From: Alphaproteobacteria bacterium
GTDB taxonomy: Bacteria; Pseudomonadota; Alphaproteobacteria; UBA7887
Assembly: GCA_965216755.1 (NCBI GenBank)
Contig: CBDCGL010000011.1
Coordinates: forward strand, 1,088,001 to 1,152,000
Length of the DNA stretch: 64,000 nt
Direction: 5' to 3'
The translations under genes were made by a program, and so were the position numbers. Below are positions 21,061 to 29,332 of this stretch, piece by piece. How positions within the stretch are numbered: the first letter of the stretch is position 1; every line of letters begins with the position of its first letter. Below the pieces are notes generated by a model. It searched no databases. It saw only the letters and a program-made list of their open reading frames with translations, and was not told where the DNA came from.

Positions 21061-21459
21061 TTAGCTAACCATAAAAACGTCATCGACCGGGACTTTCATT
21101 CCGGTCACCAAGGCATTGGTTTGGTGCGCCATTGCAACAATGGACAACAACTCTTGATATTGTCGTTCGGTCATGCCCTTCGCGCGCGCCGCAGCGGTAT
21201 GGGAATGAATGCAATAGTCGCAACTGTTGGCGATCGACACGGCGATGTAAACAAGCTCCTTGGCCAAGGGATCGATCTCACCCGGCCCCATAACCTGTTT
21301 CAGACGCTGCCAAGTTGCTTCCAACAAGTCCGGCTGGTTCGCCAAGGCCTTCCAAAAATTGTTGATAAAATCCGTGCCGCGCAGTGCACGAATGTCATCA
21401 TAGACTGCGCGCACGCGCAGCGATGCGTCATCGTATTCAATTAGCCCAACAGTCGCCAT
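21061..21459 (-). CDS. Carboxymuconolactone decarboxylase/AhpD-like protein
   Basis: KELVYIAVSIANSCDYCIHSH (CxxC..H). Confidence 0.9.
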   Translation of the reverse strand: MATVGLIEYDDASLRVRAVYDDIRALRGTDFINNFWKALANQPDLLEATWQRLKQVMGPGEIDPLAKELVYIAVSIANSCDYCIHSHTAAARAKGMTERQYQELLSIVAMAHQTNALVTGMKVPVDDVFMVS

Positions 21460-21494
21460 CGCGAGTCCTTTCGTAGTGGAAAACGGGATTGTGC

Positions 21495-22301
21495 TTAACG
21501 GTTGCCGTAACTCTTGCCAAGCCCGGCGGCAGCATCGCTTTGAATGCCGTATTGCGGGATCGGATAACGCAAGCCGTTCGCCGCGAGCCGGGCCATGCCA
21601 TCAATAGCGCCCGCCAGATAGCGTGGCGGCAGCGCCATCAGCAATTCATCTTCTAGAACGCCGCCATAGCGGCGCTCAGCGAAGCAGGGGATCGACAGAC
21701 TGGGTTCGCCCGTGGCCAACGCGCGTCCCCAGGAATCCGCGCAAGAAGACTCGCCGACGCAACCCCATTCCAACTTGCGATACCCGGACCATTGCAGGCC
21801 ATTGACGAGAATAATCATTTGCGCCGGAGTCGCGTAGATCAAGCATATATCCGGGGGGTCGAGCCGGCCCGAAACAAGAGGCGAGACGGCCATCGAACGG
21901 TAACGGCCGTGCGGTACCACGGTCATGGCGGCTTGATGCGCCGCAGAATCCTCATCAGTCGCATACCAGACGCCGGTCATGTGCGCGCCGGATCGCCAGG
22001 TTTCGTCCTGTGGTCGCAAACCCAGGACCGCGCCGCACTGCGCGCTGACCAAATCGTCGGCCGTGATCCCGACTGTCCAACCAAGCCGGCACGCCTGGGC
22101 GACAATCTGATCGGCCGTATGACTCGCACTCGGCCGCCGGATGCGTGGTATCGCCTCCATCTCGGCGACGGTCGCAAACAGTTTCATACCGATGGGCGTT
22201 GTGCGCAGGCGTAAATAGCGGTTGAGACCGTCGACCAAACAGCCCCAATCGTAGGTTGGGTCGCTTTGTGCGTCGGGTCCGTCCAAGTCCGCCGAGACCA
22301 T
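21495..22301 (-). CDS. DUF169 family protein
   Basis: LRTTPIGMK, PDICLIYATPAQM, GESSCAD, SIPCFAERRYG. Confidence 0.8.
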   Translation of the reverse strand: MVSADLDGPDAQSDPTYDWGCLVDGLNRYLRLRTTPIGMKLFATVAEMEAIPRIRRPSASHTADQIVAQACRLGWTVGITADDLVSAQCGAVLGLRPQDETWRSGAHMTGVWYATDEDSAAHQAAMTVVPHGRYRSMAVSPLVSGRLDPPDICLIYATPAQMIILVNGLQWSGYRKLEWGCVGESSCADSWGRALATGEPSLSIPCFAERRYGGVLEDELLMALPPRYLAGAIDGMARLAANGLRYPIPQYGIQSDAAAGLGKSYGNR

Positions 22302-22468
22302 AGTTTCCTCCCACCAAAGCGCTTACCTGCCATGCCTTTACCATGCGTAGGCAAAAAGCGAGAATGCGAATTACGCTTGGCGGACCCGTTGAAACCTCGG
22401 CATGCGCGCCATGTCATACTTCCACAGACGCACTGTCGAGCCTGCCGGTACATGAAGAGGTCCTGACA

Positions 22469-23512
22469 ATGTCGACGCGCCGACCGCTCCCGTTACTGCC
22501 GACGACCGTGGTCGGCAGTTATCCGCAGCCGGATTGGTTGATCGACCGGACCGCGCTGGCCGGTCGCACACCGCCGCGCGTGCGCGCTCACGACCTATGG
22601 CGCATCGACCCGCGTTGGCGGAATGCGGCCCAGGACGATGCCACGCGCCTTGCCATTCACGACATGGAAAACGCCGGCATCGACATCGTGACCGATGGCG
22701 AAATACGGCGTGAAAGCTACTCCAACCCCTTCGCCAATGCGCTCGATGGGATCGACCGCAAGCAAACCGGTATGGGGATCTCGCGACGCGGCGAACCCGA
22801 CCCGGTGCCGCGGGTGATCGCGCCTCTCAAACGTTCACAGCCGTTTTCAACCGACGACATAAAATTCCTGCGCGCGCAGACGGACCGCGTTATCAAAGCG
22901 ACTCTCCCCGGCCCGTTCACCATGTCGCAACAAGCACAAGACAACTATTACAGCGATCCGGCCGCGCTTGCGATGGCATACGCGGCGGTCGTCAACGAAG
23001 AAATCGGTGATATGTTCGCGGCCGGAGCCGATGTCGTGCAACTCGACGAGCCGTTCCTGCAGGCCCGTCCCGAGGCGGCACGCGACTATGGCGTCGAAGC
23101 GGTCAACCGCGCCCTTGACGGGATCACAGGCACAACAGCTTTGCATTTGTGCCTTGGCTATGCGGCTTTGATCAAGAACAAGCCAAACGCCTACGCTTTC
23201 TTGGCAGAACTCGCCAATTGCAGCGTCGACCAGGTTTCCGTTGAGGCCGCACAACCGAAGTTGGATCTTTCGGTATTGCGCGCCCTCGACGGGAAAACGA
23301 TCATCTTGGGTGTTCTCGATCTTAGCGATGCGGCAATCGAAACGCCTGAAAGCGTTGCCAACCGGATCGCTGCGGCGCTCGATCACGTTTCGGCCGATCA
23401 TCTGGTCCCCGCACCGGATTGCGGCATGAAATACCTGCCCCGCAACGTTGCGTTCGGCAAACTCAAAGCCCTGGCCGACGGTGCGGCCATCGTTCGGCGG
23501 AACCTTAGTTAA
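22469..23512 (+). CDS. Cobalamin-independent methionine synthase, catalytic-domain-only (core/MetE-like) Zn enzyme
   Basis: PTTVVGSYP, TDGEIRRE, PGPFT, QLDEP, Zn ligands HLC...E...PDCG; lacks the N-terminal folate barrel. Confidence 0.85.
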   Translation: MSTRRPLPLLPTTVVGSYPQPDWLIDRTALAGRTPPRVRAHDLWRIDPRWRNAAQDDATRLAIHDMENAGIDIVTDGEIRRESYSNPFANALDGIDRKQTGMGISRRGEPDPVPRVIAPLKRSQPFSTDDIKFLRAQTDRVIKATLPGPFTMSQQAQDNYYSDPAALAMAYAAVVNEEIGDMFAAGADVVQLDEPFLQARPEAARDYGVEAVNRALDGITGTTALHLCLGYAALIKNKPNAYAFLAELANCSVDQVSVEAAQPKLDLSVLRALDGKTIILGVLDLSDAAIETPESVANRIAAALDHVSADHLVPAPDCGMKYLPRNVAFGKLKALADGAAIVRRNLS

Positions 23513-23539
23513 CTGCTCGCCCGCCACGCTCGCTTCATC

Positions 23540-23553
23540 TTGATCTGTGTCAA
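23540..23553 (+). promoter_or_regulatory. FNR/FixK-type binding site
   Basis: TTGAT-CTGT-GTCAA (9/10 match to TTGAT-N4-ATCAA), intergenic, 76 bp upstream of the DUF3775 gene. Confidence 0.65.
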
Positions 23554-23629
23554 GGTGCGCCACCGGGCCGCGAGATAAGCGGTCAATTTAGATTGGGTTA
23601 AAGACCCTCGGCAGGGAGTCATTTGGCGC

Positions 23630-24058
23630 ATGGAAATCAAACCTGAGGCCGTGAGTCGCGTCATATTTGCCGCGCGGCAGCTCAACGTCGATGAGGAGGT
23701 TCGTGAGAGCCTCAGTGACGAAGATGATGTCACAAAGGAACCTGAAGAAGTCCTGGATGAGGCTCTCGTTGGCAGTGTCCATCAGGAGCACGAAAAGGAC
23801 CCGGTTTGGTGGGACCTCAAAGCGTTTATTGATGATATGCCCGCCGACGAGCAGTGCGAATTGATCGCGCTTGCTTGGATCGGACGCGGTGACGGCGGCA
23901 AAGTCGACTGGGAGGACATGGTCCGTTTGGCCAGTGAGCGGCGCAGCGATCACACAGCCGAATATCTGATCGGCATGCCGCTATTGGCGGAGTATCTGCA
24001 AAGCGCTCTCGATACATTTGATATTTCGATTGAGGATTTCGAAGAGAATCACATTTAG
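23630..24058 (+). CDS. DUF3775 domain protein
   Basis: ELIALAWIGRGD, YLIGMPLLAEYL. Confidence 0.88.
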   Translation: MEIKPEAVSRVIFAARQLNVDEEVRESLSDEDDVTKEPEEVLDEALVGSVHQEHEKDPVWWDLKAFIDDMPADEQCELIALAWIGRGDGGKVDWEDMVRLASERRSDHTAEYLIGMPLLAEYLQSALDTFDISIEDFEENHI

Positions 24059-24085
24059 TCGTTCACCGTTCCAACAAACAAGGTC

Positions 24086-25018
24086 ATGACCCTGATGCCG
24101 CAAGAGACGGTGCCCGAACCAGGGGCCGCTTTTACTGGTTTGTCGTCTCTCTTCAGCGACTTTTCGCTCGAGGTCACACCGTCCGGCGTCGCCGCATTGT
24201 TGGCCGCACCACCGCTGCCGGCCGAGACCAGGGTCTTCATCACCCATTTGGAGCGAAACAGAGACGCCGATACAATTGAAGCGGCCCGGCGACTACGCCA
24301 AGCGGGTTTGAGGCCCGTTCCCCACTTGGCCGCCCGGCGCATCGCGAATGTCGGCGAACTGCGTGCTCTACTGGACGGCCTCGTCACGGAAGCCGATGTT
24401 GACGAAGTTTTGGTCATAGCGGGGGACACGCCGCCGATCGCCGATCAGTTTCCTTCGACTATCGATTTGTTGCGAACAGGTTTGCTTGAACGCTATGGCG
24501 TTCGTCGAATTAACGTCGCCGGTCACCCAGAAGGCGCGCCGTCTATCCCAGAGATTGAGCTGCAGCGTGCGTTGGACGAAAAGAACGCCTACGCCCGCCA
24601 GAGCGACGCCGAAATGCGGATAATTACCCAGTTCGTCTTCGAAGCGGCACCGCTGATTACCTGGGAGCAACGTATCCGCGCCCGCGGCAATGCGTTACCG
24701 GTTTGTGTTGGCCTTGCTGGATTGGCCGGCATCAAGTCACTCGTACGGCATGCGCGGGCTTGTGGCGTCGGTGCGTCGGTGCGAACGCTCATGCGTCAAG
24801 GGGCGCGTTTGTCGCGGCTTGTCCGGCCTTATGATCCAGGGCCAATTGTGTCGGATCTCTCGGAAGCTCGTCGGAGTGATCCAGAGTCACTGATAGACGG
24901 CATTCACTTTTTCCCATTCAGTGGGATCTCGCGGACGGTCGCATGGGCGACAGGGATCAGCGATGGCTCAATTGCGCTGGACGGTTCATTGACTCCTATC
25001 GGGAATATCCGCACCTAA
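24086..25018 (+). CDS. metF: Methylenetetrahydrofolate reductase (MetF-like)
   Basis: SLEVTP, PVPHLAARR, VAGHPEG, IITQFVF, GIHFFPF. Confidence 0.85.
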   Translation: MTLMPQETVPEPGAAFTGLSSLFSDFSLEVTPSGVAALLAAPPLPAETRVFITHLERNRDADTIEAARRLRQAGLRPVPHLAARRIANVGELRALLDGLVTEADVDEVLVIAGDTPPIADQFPSTIDLLRTGLLERYGVRRINVAGHPEGAPSIPEIELQRALDEKNAYARQSDAEMRIITQFVFEAAPLITWEQRIRARGNALPVCVGLAGLAGIKSLVRHARACGVGASVRTLMRQGARLSRLVRPYDPGPIVSDLSEARRSDPESLIDGIHFFPFSGISRTVAWATGISDGSIALDGSLTPIGNIRT

Positions 25019-25115
25019 TCGACGTTCCGGATGGCACCGCGAAGCTCCGATTTCAATTGGTCCGGTGCGCCGCTACACTGGCGCCCAAGCGACCACGAAA
25101 GCGGAGCATGAAGCG

Positions 25116-26369
25116 ATGCCTGGACCACTCACGGGGATAAAGATCATCGACCTGACCTCGATGTTATCGGGGCCTTGGGCGACGACCATATTGGCCGACC
25201 AGGGTGCGGACGTGGTCAAGGTCGAGGTCCCGGGCAAAGGCGACCACACGCGCTCTCTGGGAAACCGGCGCGCTGGGATGTCTTCAAGTTTCCTCCATAT
25301 CAACCGTAACAAGCGGTCTCTCACGTTGAACCTGAAAGCCGATCAGGGCCGCGCAGTATTCCTTGACCTGGTGCGTGACGCGGACGTTGTGGTGCAGAAC
25401 TTCCGCCCCGGTGTGGTTGATCGGCTAAGGGTCGGCTATGACGATGCGCGTGCCGCAAATCCAAGCATCGTCTACCTATCGCTCAATGGCTTCGGCGAAT
25501 CCGGACCCTATGCCCAGAAGCCCGTATACGATCCCGTCATCCAAGCGATATCGGGCCTCACCACAATCCAGGCGGGATCCGATGACGAGCGGCCACGGCT
25601 GGTGCGCACCGTGTTGCCGGACAAACTCTCCGCGGTGACGGCCTCGCAAGCCATTACCGCGGCACTGTTCGCGCGCGAACGAACCGGCCGGGGCCAACAT
25701 GTGAAACTCTCCATGCTCGACGCCGTGATGTCGTTCTTATGGGCTTCAGACTACGGCGCGCAAACCTATCCGGATCAGCCGACCACCAATCAAGCTGCGG
25801 CGAGTTTCATCGACCTGATTTACGAGACCAAGGACGGCCATATGACAGTCGCCGTCATGAGCGACAAGGAATGGACCGGTCTGACGCAAGCATTCAACAA
25901 ACCCGAATGGTTGACGGATGAGCGCTTTGCCACGCCCGAGGCGCGCGATCGCAATGTCAATGCGCGCTTGCAATTGACCCAGGAGGTGTTGCGGACGAAG
26001 ACGACTGCTGAATGGCTGACCGTGCTGGAACGCGCCGGCGTTCCCTGCGCGCCAGCCCTCACCCGAAACCAAGCCATACAGCATCCACAAATCGTGGCAA
26101 GCGAGATTGTGCAGGAATACAGCCACCACGCGGCCGGAAAACTGCGTCAAACGCGGAACGCGGCACGATTTGAAGGCACGCCGACCGAGCTACGTTTCGG
26201 CGCACCTCTCCTGGGCGAGCACACCGATGAGATCATGCGGGAACTTGGATATGATGAGGACGCGATTTGCGCGCTCCGTCGGGATGGCGTAATCGGCGGC
26301 GAATCCGCGTCTCAGAGGGGTTCGGCCGACAGTGATCAGACGCCAACTTTGCGATCGGCCAGAACCTGA
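25116..26369 (+). CDS. Class III CoA-transferase (CaiB/BaiF family)
   Basis: GPLTGIKIIDL, LADQGADVVKVE, NRNKRS, QNFRPGV, YDPVIQAISG, PLLGEHT. Confidence 0.93.
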   Translation: MPGPLTGIKIIDLTSMLSGPWATTILADQGADVVKVEVPGKGDHTRSLGNRRAGMSSSFLHINRNKRSLTLNLKADQGRAVFLDLVRDADVVVQNFRPGVVDRLRVGYDDARAANPSIVYLSLNGFGESGPYAQKPVYDPVIQAISGLTTIQAGSDDERPRLVRTVLPDKLSAVTASQAITAALFARERTGRGQHVKLSMLDAVMSFLWASDYGAQTYPDQPTTNQAAASFIDLIYETKDGHMTVAVMSDKEWTGLTQAFNKPEWLTDERFATPEARDRNVNARLQLTQEVLRTKTTAEWLTVLERAGVPCAPALTRNQAIQHPQIVASEIVQEYSHHAAGKLRQTRNAARFEGTPTELRFGAPLLGEHTDEIMRELGYDEDAICALRRDGVIGGESASQRGSADSDQTPTLRSART

Positions 26370-26478
26370 CATACATCTAGCATACTAGAACATTGCCTCG
26401 GTCGCTGGCTTTCTGGTACGATAAAATTGGGTAGGTTGTTCGACCGCATTTGGCGCATTGGGGAAGGAAGCTCGTGCG

Positions 26479-27120
26479 ATGAGCCACATAGTGGACCTTG
26501 GGCGACGCGTCGAACTGGTTCCGATCGATTCGCATTTTCACGACATCACGATCGGCCTCTATCTTGAGCGACAAGACGCTGAACAAGGCGTCTATTCGGT
26601 GCACAGTTACAGTCAGTTGGATGGAACGGATGGGCGCCTCAACCATGTGGCGCAGGCCATGGTCGCGCTCGGCGGCATGCAACGGTGCGACGGTGTTCGC
26701 CCGTCGCTGGTGTTTCCCTGCAAAAAGTTGCACCTGGCAGCGGCGAAACGGGTTTTTCTGGAGGCGTGTAAGGTCCCGTTCGATGCCAAGCCCACGGCAA
26801 GAAGTTCTTCCATTTTCGACAAAAAAGCGGACGGAACGATGCATGTCCGATCGGAAGGCGCCGGCGCCTATCGTGTTACTTGCGACCAGGACGATGAAAA
26901 GGCGTCCAAGCGCATCGCCGCGATTGCCGGCGGATTTGCCAAGTTGCTGGAAATGGAACGCGTCGGCGATGACGCCATCTGTTTCGGCTGTGGCCAGCCC
27001 CATGACGTATTGGTCAACCTATTGTTGCCGCGCGCGCTGAATGTGCGGGCGGCAATGCGCGAACAGGAACAACAAGCCGCCCGCGGTGTGCTCGCGGCGC
27101 CCAGCGCGCAAAGTCTTTGA
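26479..27120 (+). CDS. Hypothetical protein with two internal repeats ending FxCxxxH
   Basis: Clean ORF immediately before the methyltransferase genes; FPCKKLH and FGCGQPH. Confidence 0.7.
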   Translation: MSHIVDLGRRVELVPIDSHFHDITIGLYLERQDAEQGVYSVHSYSQLDGTDGRLNHVAQAMVALGGMQRCDGVRPSLVFPCKKLHLAAAKRVFLEACKVPFDAKPTARSSSIFDKKADGTMHVRSEGAGAYRVTCDQDDEKASKRIAAIAGGFAKLLEMERVGDDAICFGCGQPHDVLVNLLLPRALNVRAAMREQEQQAARGVLAAPSAQSL

Positions 27121-27157
27121 ATCTCTGGTGAGTGGCACCGATTAGGGAACAACCATC

Positions 27158-28207
27158 ATGACCACCGCAGCTGTACCATCGATGACAAGCCGTGAACGCG
27201 TTCTTGCCGCGCTCAACCGAGAACCGGTCGATCGGACGCCGGTCTGCAATCCGACATCCGTGGCAACCATTGAGCTGATGGACCTTGTCAATGCGCCGTT
27301 TCCGATGGCCAATCGGGATCCCGAAATGATGGCTCGATTGGCGGCGACGAGCTACACCGAGCTGGGCTTTGATTCGGTCATGCCGGTGTTCTCGATCATT
27401 CAAGAATCGTCGGCGATGGGCTGCAAAATGCAGTGGGAACAAAAAGACAATTGGCCGACCGTACGCATGAGCGAACCAATCTTCCACGATGTCGACGACA
27501 TCGTCATCCCGAATGACTTCTTGATGCATCCGGACATCACATGCGTCCTGGACGCCATCAAGATCCTTCGCCGGGAACTGGGCGACGAGGTGGCCATTAT
27601 CGGCAAAACGATGGGCCCATGGACAATGGCCTACCACTGTTTTGGCGTCGAGCCGTTCTTGTTGATGACCCTCGACGATCCCGGGAAGACCAAGCAGGTG
27701 CTGGATCGGTTGAAGGAGATGACCGTGCTGTTTGGGCAAGCGCAAATTGACGCCGGCGCCGACGCATTGACCCTACCCGACCATGCCACGGGCGACCTGG
27801 TCAGCGGCGAATATTACGCGCGCTTTCTCAAGGATCTTCATATCGAAATGGTTGAACGGATCCCGATCCCACTCATTCTTCACATTTGCGGGCGTACGGT
27901 TGATCGAATGGGTTACATTGCCGAAACCGGTATGGCGGCGTTCCATTTCGATTCCAAGAACAAGCCCAAGGAATCCATGGACGCGGTGCATGGCGATATT
28001 GCCCTGGTCGGGAATATCAACAACCCGGAGACGCTGTTCGTCAAAGATCCGGAAGCGGTCCACGAAGAGGTTTTGCGGAATCTTGAAGCCGGCGTGCACC
28101 TGATCGGTCCCGAATGTGCGATCCCATTGCAGACCCCGATCGAGAATTTGCTGGAAATCCAGCGCACGATCAGAGAATGGCATGCAGCACATCCATCAGT
28201 ACACTAA
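27158..28207 (+). CDS. MtaA/CmuA-family Zn-dependent corrinoid methyltransferase (UroD fold)
   Basis: MTSRERVLAAL..EPVDRTPV, GPWT, AQIDAGAD, ILHICG and GPECAIP (HxC...C Zn ligands), GNINN. Confidence 0.88.
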   Translation: MTTAAVPSMTSRERVLAALNREPVDRTPVCNPTSVATIELMDLVNAPFPMANRDPEMMARLAATSYTELGFDSVMPVFSIIQESSAMGCKMQWEQKDNWPTVRMSEPIFHDVDDIVIPNDFLMHPDITCVLDAIKILRRELGDEVAIIGKTMGPWTMAYHCFGVEPFLLMTLDDPGKTKQVLDRLKEMTVLFGQAQIDAGADALTLPDHATGDLVSGEYYARFLKDLHIEMVERIPIPLILHICGRTVDRMGYIAETGMAAFHFDSKNKPKESMDAVHGDIALVGNINNPETLFVKDPEAVHEEVLRNLEAGVHLIGPECAIPLQTPIENLLEIQRTIREWHAAHPSVH

Positions 28208-28239
28208 CCACCTTTCGCAAATCCAGCATGTAGATAATC

Positions 28240-28989
28240 ATGGCGGAACTTAACGATATCGCCAACGAGGTAATTCGCGACGAGATTGCGGAATACCTTG
28301 AACGGCCAGAAGAAATTGAACGCAATATTGAGTTGTTCGCCCGTGCGAAGCCACTCATGCAGGACATCGCAGCGGCGATCGTCGAAGGCGATGACGACGT
28401 GGTCGATCAATTGACGGCGAAGGCCCTGGGCGAAGGCATCGACGCGATCGAAGTGATGGATGACGGTTTGATCGCCGGCATGGGCATCGTCGGAATCAAG
28501 TTTCGGGAAATGTTCATTTTTGTGCCCGAAGTACTTGCATGTGCGCGTGCCATGAAGGCGGGCATGACCCATATCGAACCTATTCTTTCGGCGTCGGGGG
28601 TCGAGCCGCTGGGTAAGGTCATCATGGGCACGGTCAAGGGCGACCTGCACGACATTGGCAAGAATTTGTGCATCATGATGTTGCGCGGGGCAGGATTTGT
28701 GGTCGTCGATTTGGGTGTTGATCAATCGGATGACAATTTCATCGATGCGATTGAAGAGCACGAGGCACCGTTGGTCGGCATGTCGGCCCTGCTCAGCACG
28801 ACCATGCCCAATATGGGCAAGATCATCGAAGCCTTCATCGATGCCGGTATACGTGATGACGTGCAGGTCATGGTCGGCGGTGCGCCGGTAACGCAAGAAT
28901 TCGCTGACGATATGGGCGCCGACGGATACGCAAAAGATGCATTGGCGTGTGTCGACCTTGCGAAATCCCTCGTTAGTGCGAACGCCTAG
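28240..28989 (+). CDS. Corrinoid (B12-binding) methyl-carrier protein, MtaC/MttC-like
   Basis: Cap domain (GLIAGM..VG..F, FVPEVL), GTVKGDLHDIGKN (DxHxxG), SALLSTT, VGGAP. Confidence 0.95.
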   Translation: MAELNDIANEVIRDEIAEYLERPEEIERNIELFARAKPLMQDIAAAIVEGDDDVVDQLTAKALGEGIDAIEVMDDGLIAGMGIVGIKFREMFIFVPEVLACARAMKAGMTHIEPILSASGVEPLGKVIMGTVKGDLHDIGKNLCIMMLRGAGFVVVDLGVDQSDDNFIDAIEEHEAPLVGMSALLSTTMPNMGKIIEAFIDAGIRDDVQVMVGGAPVTQEFADDMGADGYAKDALACVDLAKSLVSANA

Positions 28990-29004
28990 AGCGGCAGCGC
29001 GGTC

Positions 29005-29319
29005 GTGGCAAAGATCGACAAAGACGCATATCAGAGACGCTTGGAAAAGATTAGCGAGCTGTTTACCGACATGGTCGCCCATGCCGAAAAGGTGTCGCAG
29101 TTTCGCTGTCCGTACCGCAATAAGGCCGATCGCTGTACTGCCGAATTCCGCTGTCGAAACCAGAAAGATCCGGGTTCGCCAGACGAGCCTTTCATTTGTA
29201 GCCATGACGGCACGTTCGACCACCGCACGGCGTGGGAAACCAAGCCCAGCAGCCGTCGTCGCGCAAAACAAAGAATTCGTGACATAAAATCCGCCGCGGC
29301 GCAAAAGCGTCAGAAATAG
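29005..29319 (+). CDS. Small Cys-rich hypothetical protein
   Basis: RCPYRNKADRCTAEFRCRNQ...ICSHDG; tightly packed between the corrinoid and activator genes. Confidence 0.65.
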   Translation: MAKIDKDAYQRRLEKISELFTDMVAHAEKVSQFRCPYRNKADRCTAEFRCRNQKDPGSPDEPFICSHDGTFDHRTAWETKPSSRRRAKQRIRDIKSAAAQKRQK

Positions 29320-29332
29320 CGGATAGAGTGAC

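Noticed and set aside
22302-22468. Cobalamin or SAM riboswitch upstream of the MetE-like gene
   Set aside because: No B12-box or SAM riboswitch consensus recognisable by eye; an Rfam/Infernal scan would be decisive
25116-26369. Calling the CoA-transferase DddD (DMSP lyase)
   Set aside because: DddD is a roughly double-length tandem CaiB protein; this is a single-domain enzyme of unknown substrate
28200-28245. Read-through fusion of MT and corrinoid genes into a CmuA-like protein, or pyrrolysine decoding
   Set aside because: Stop is TAA and the next ATG is 32 nt away in a different frame
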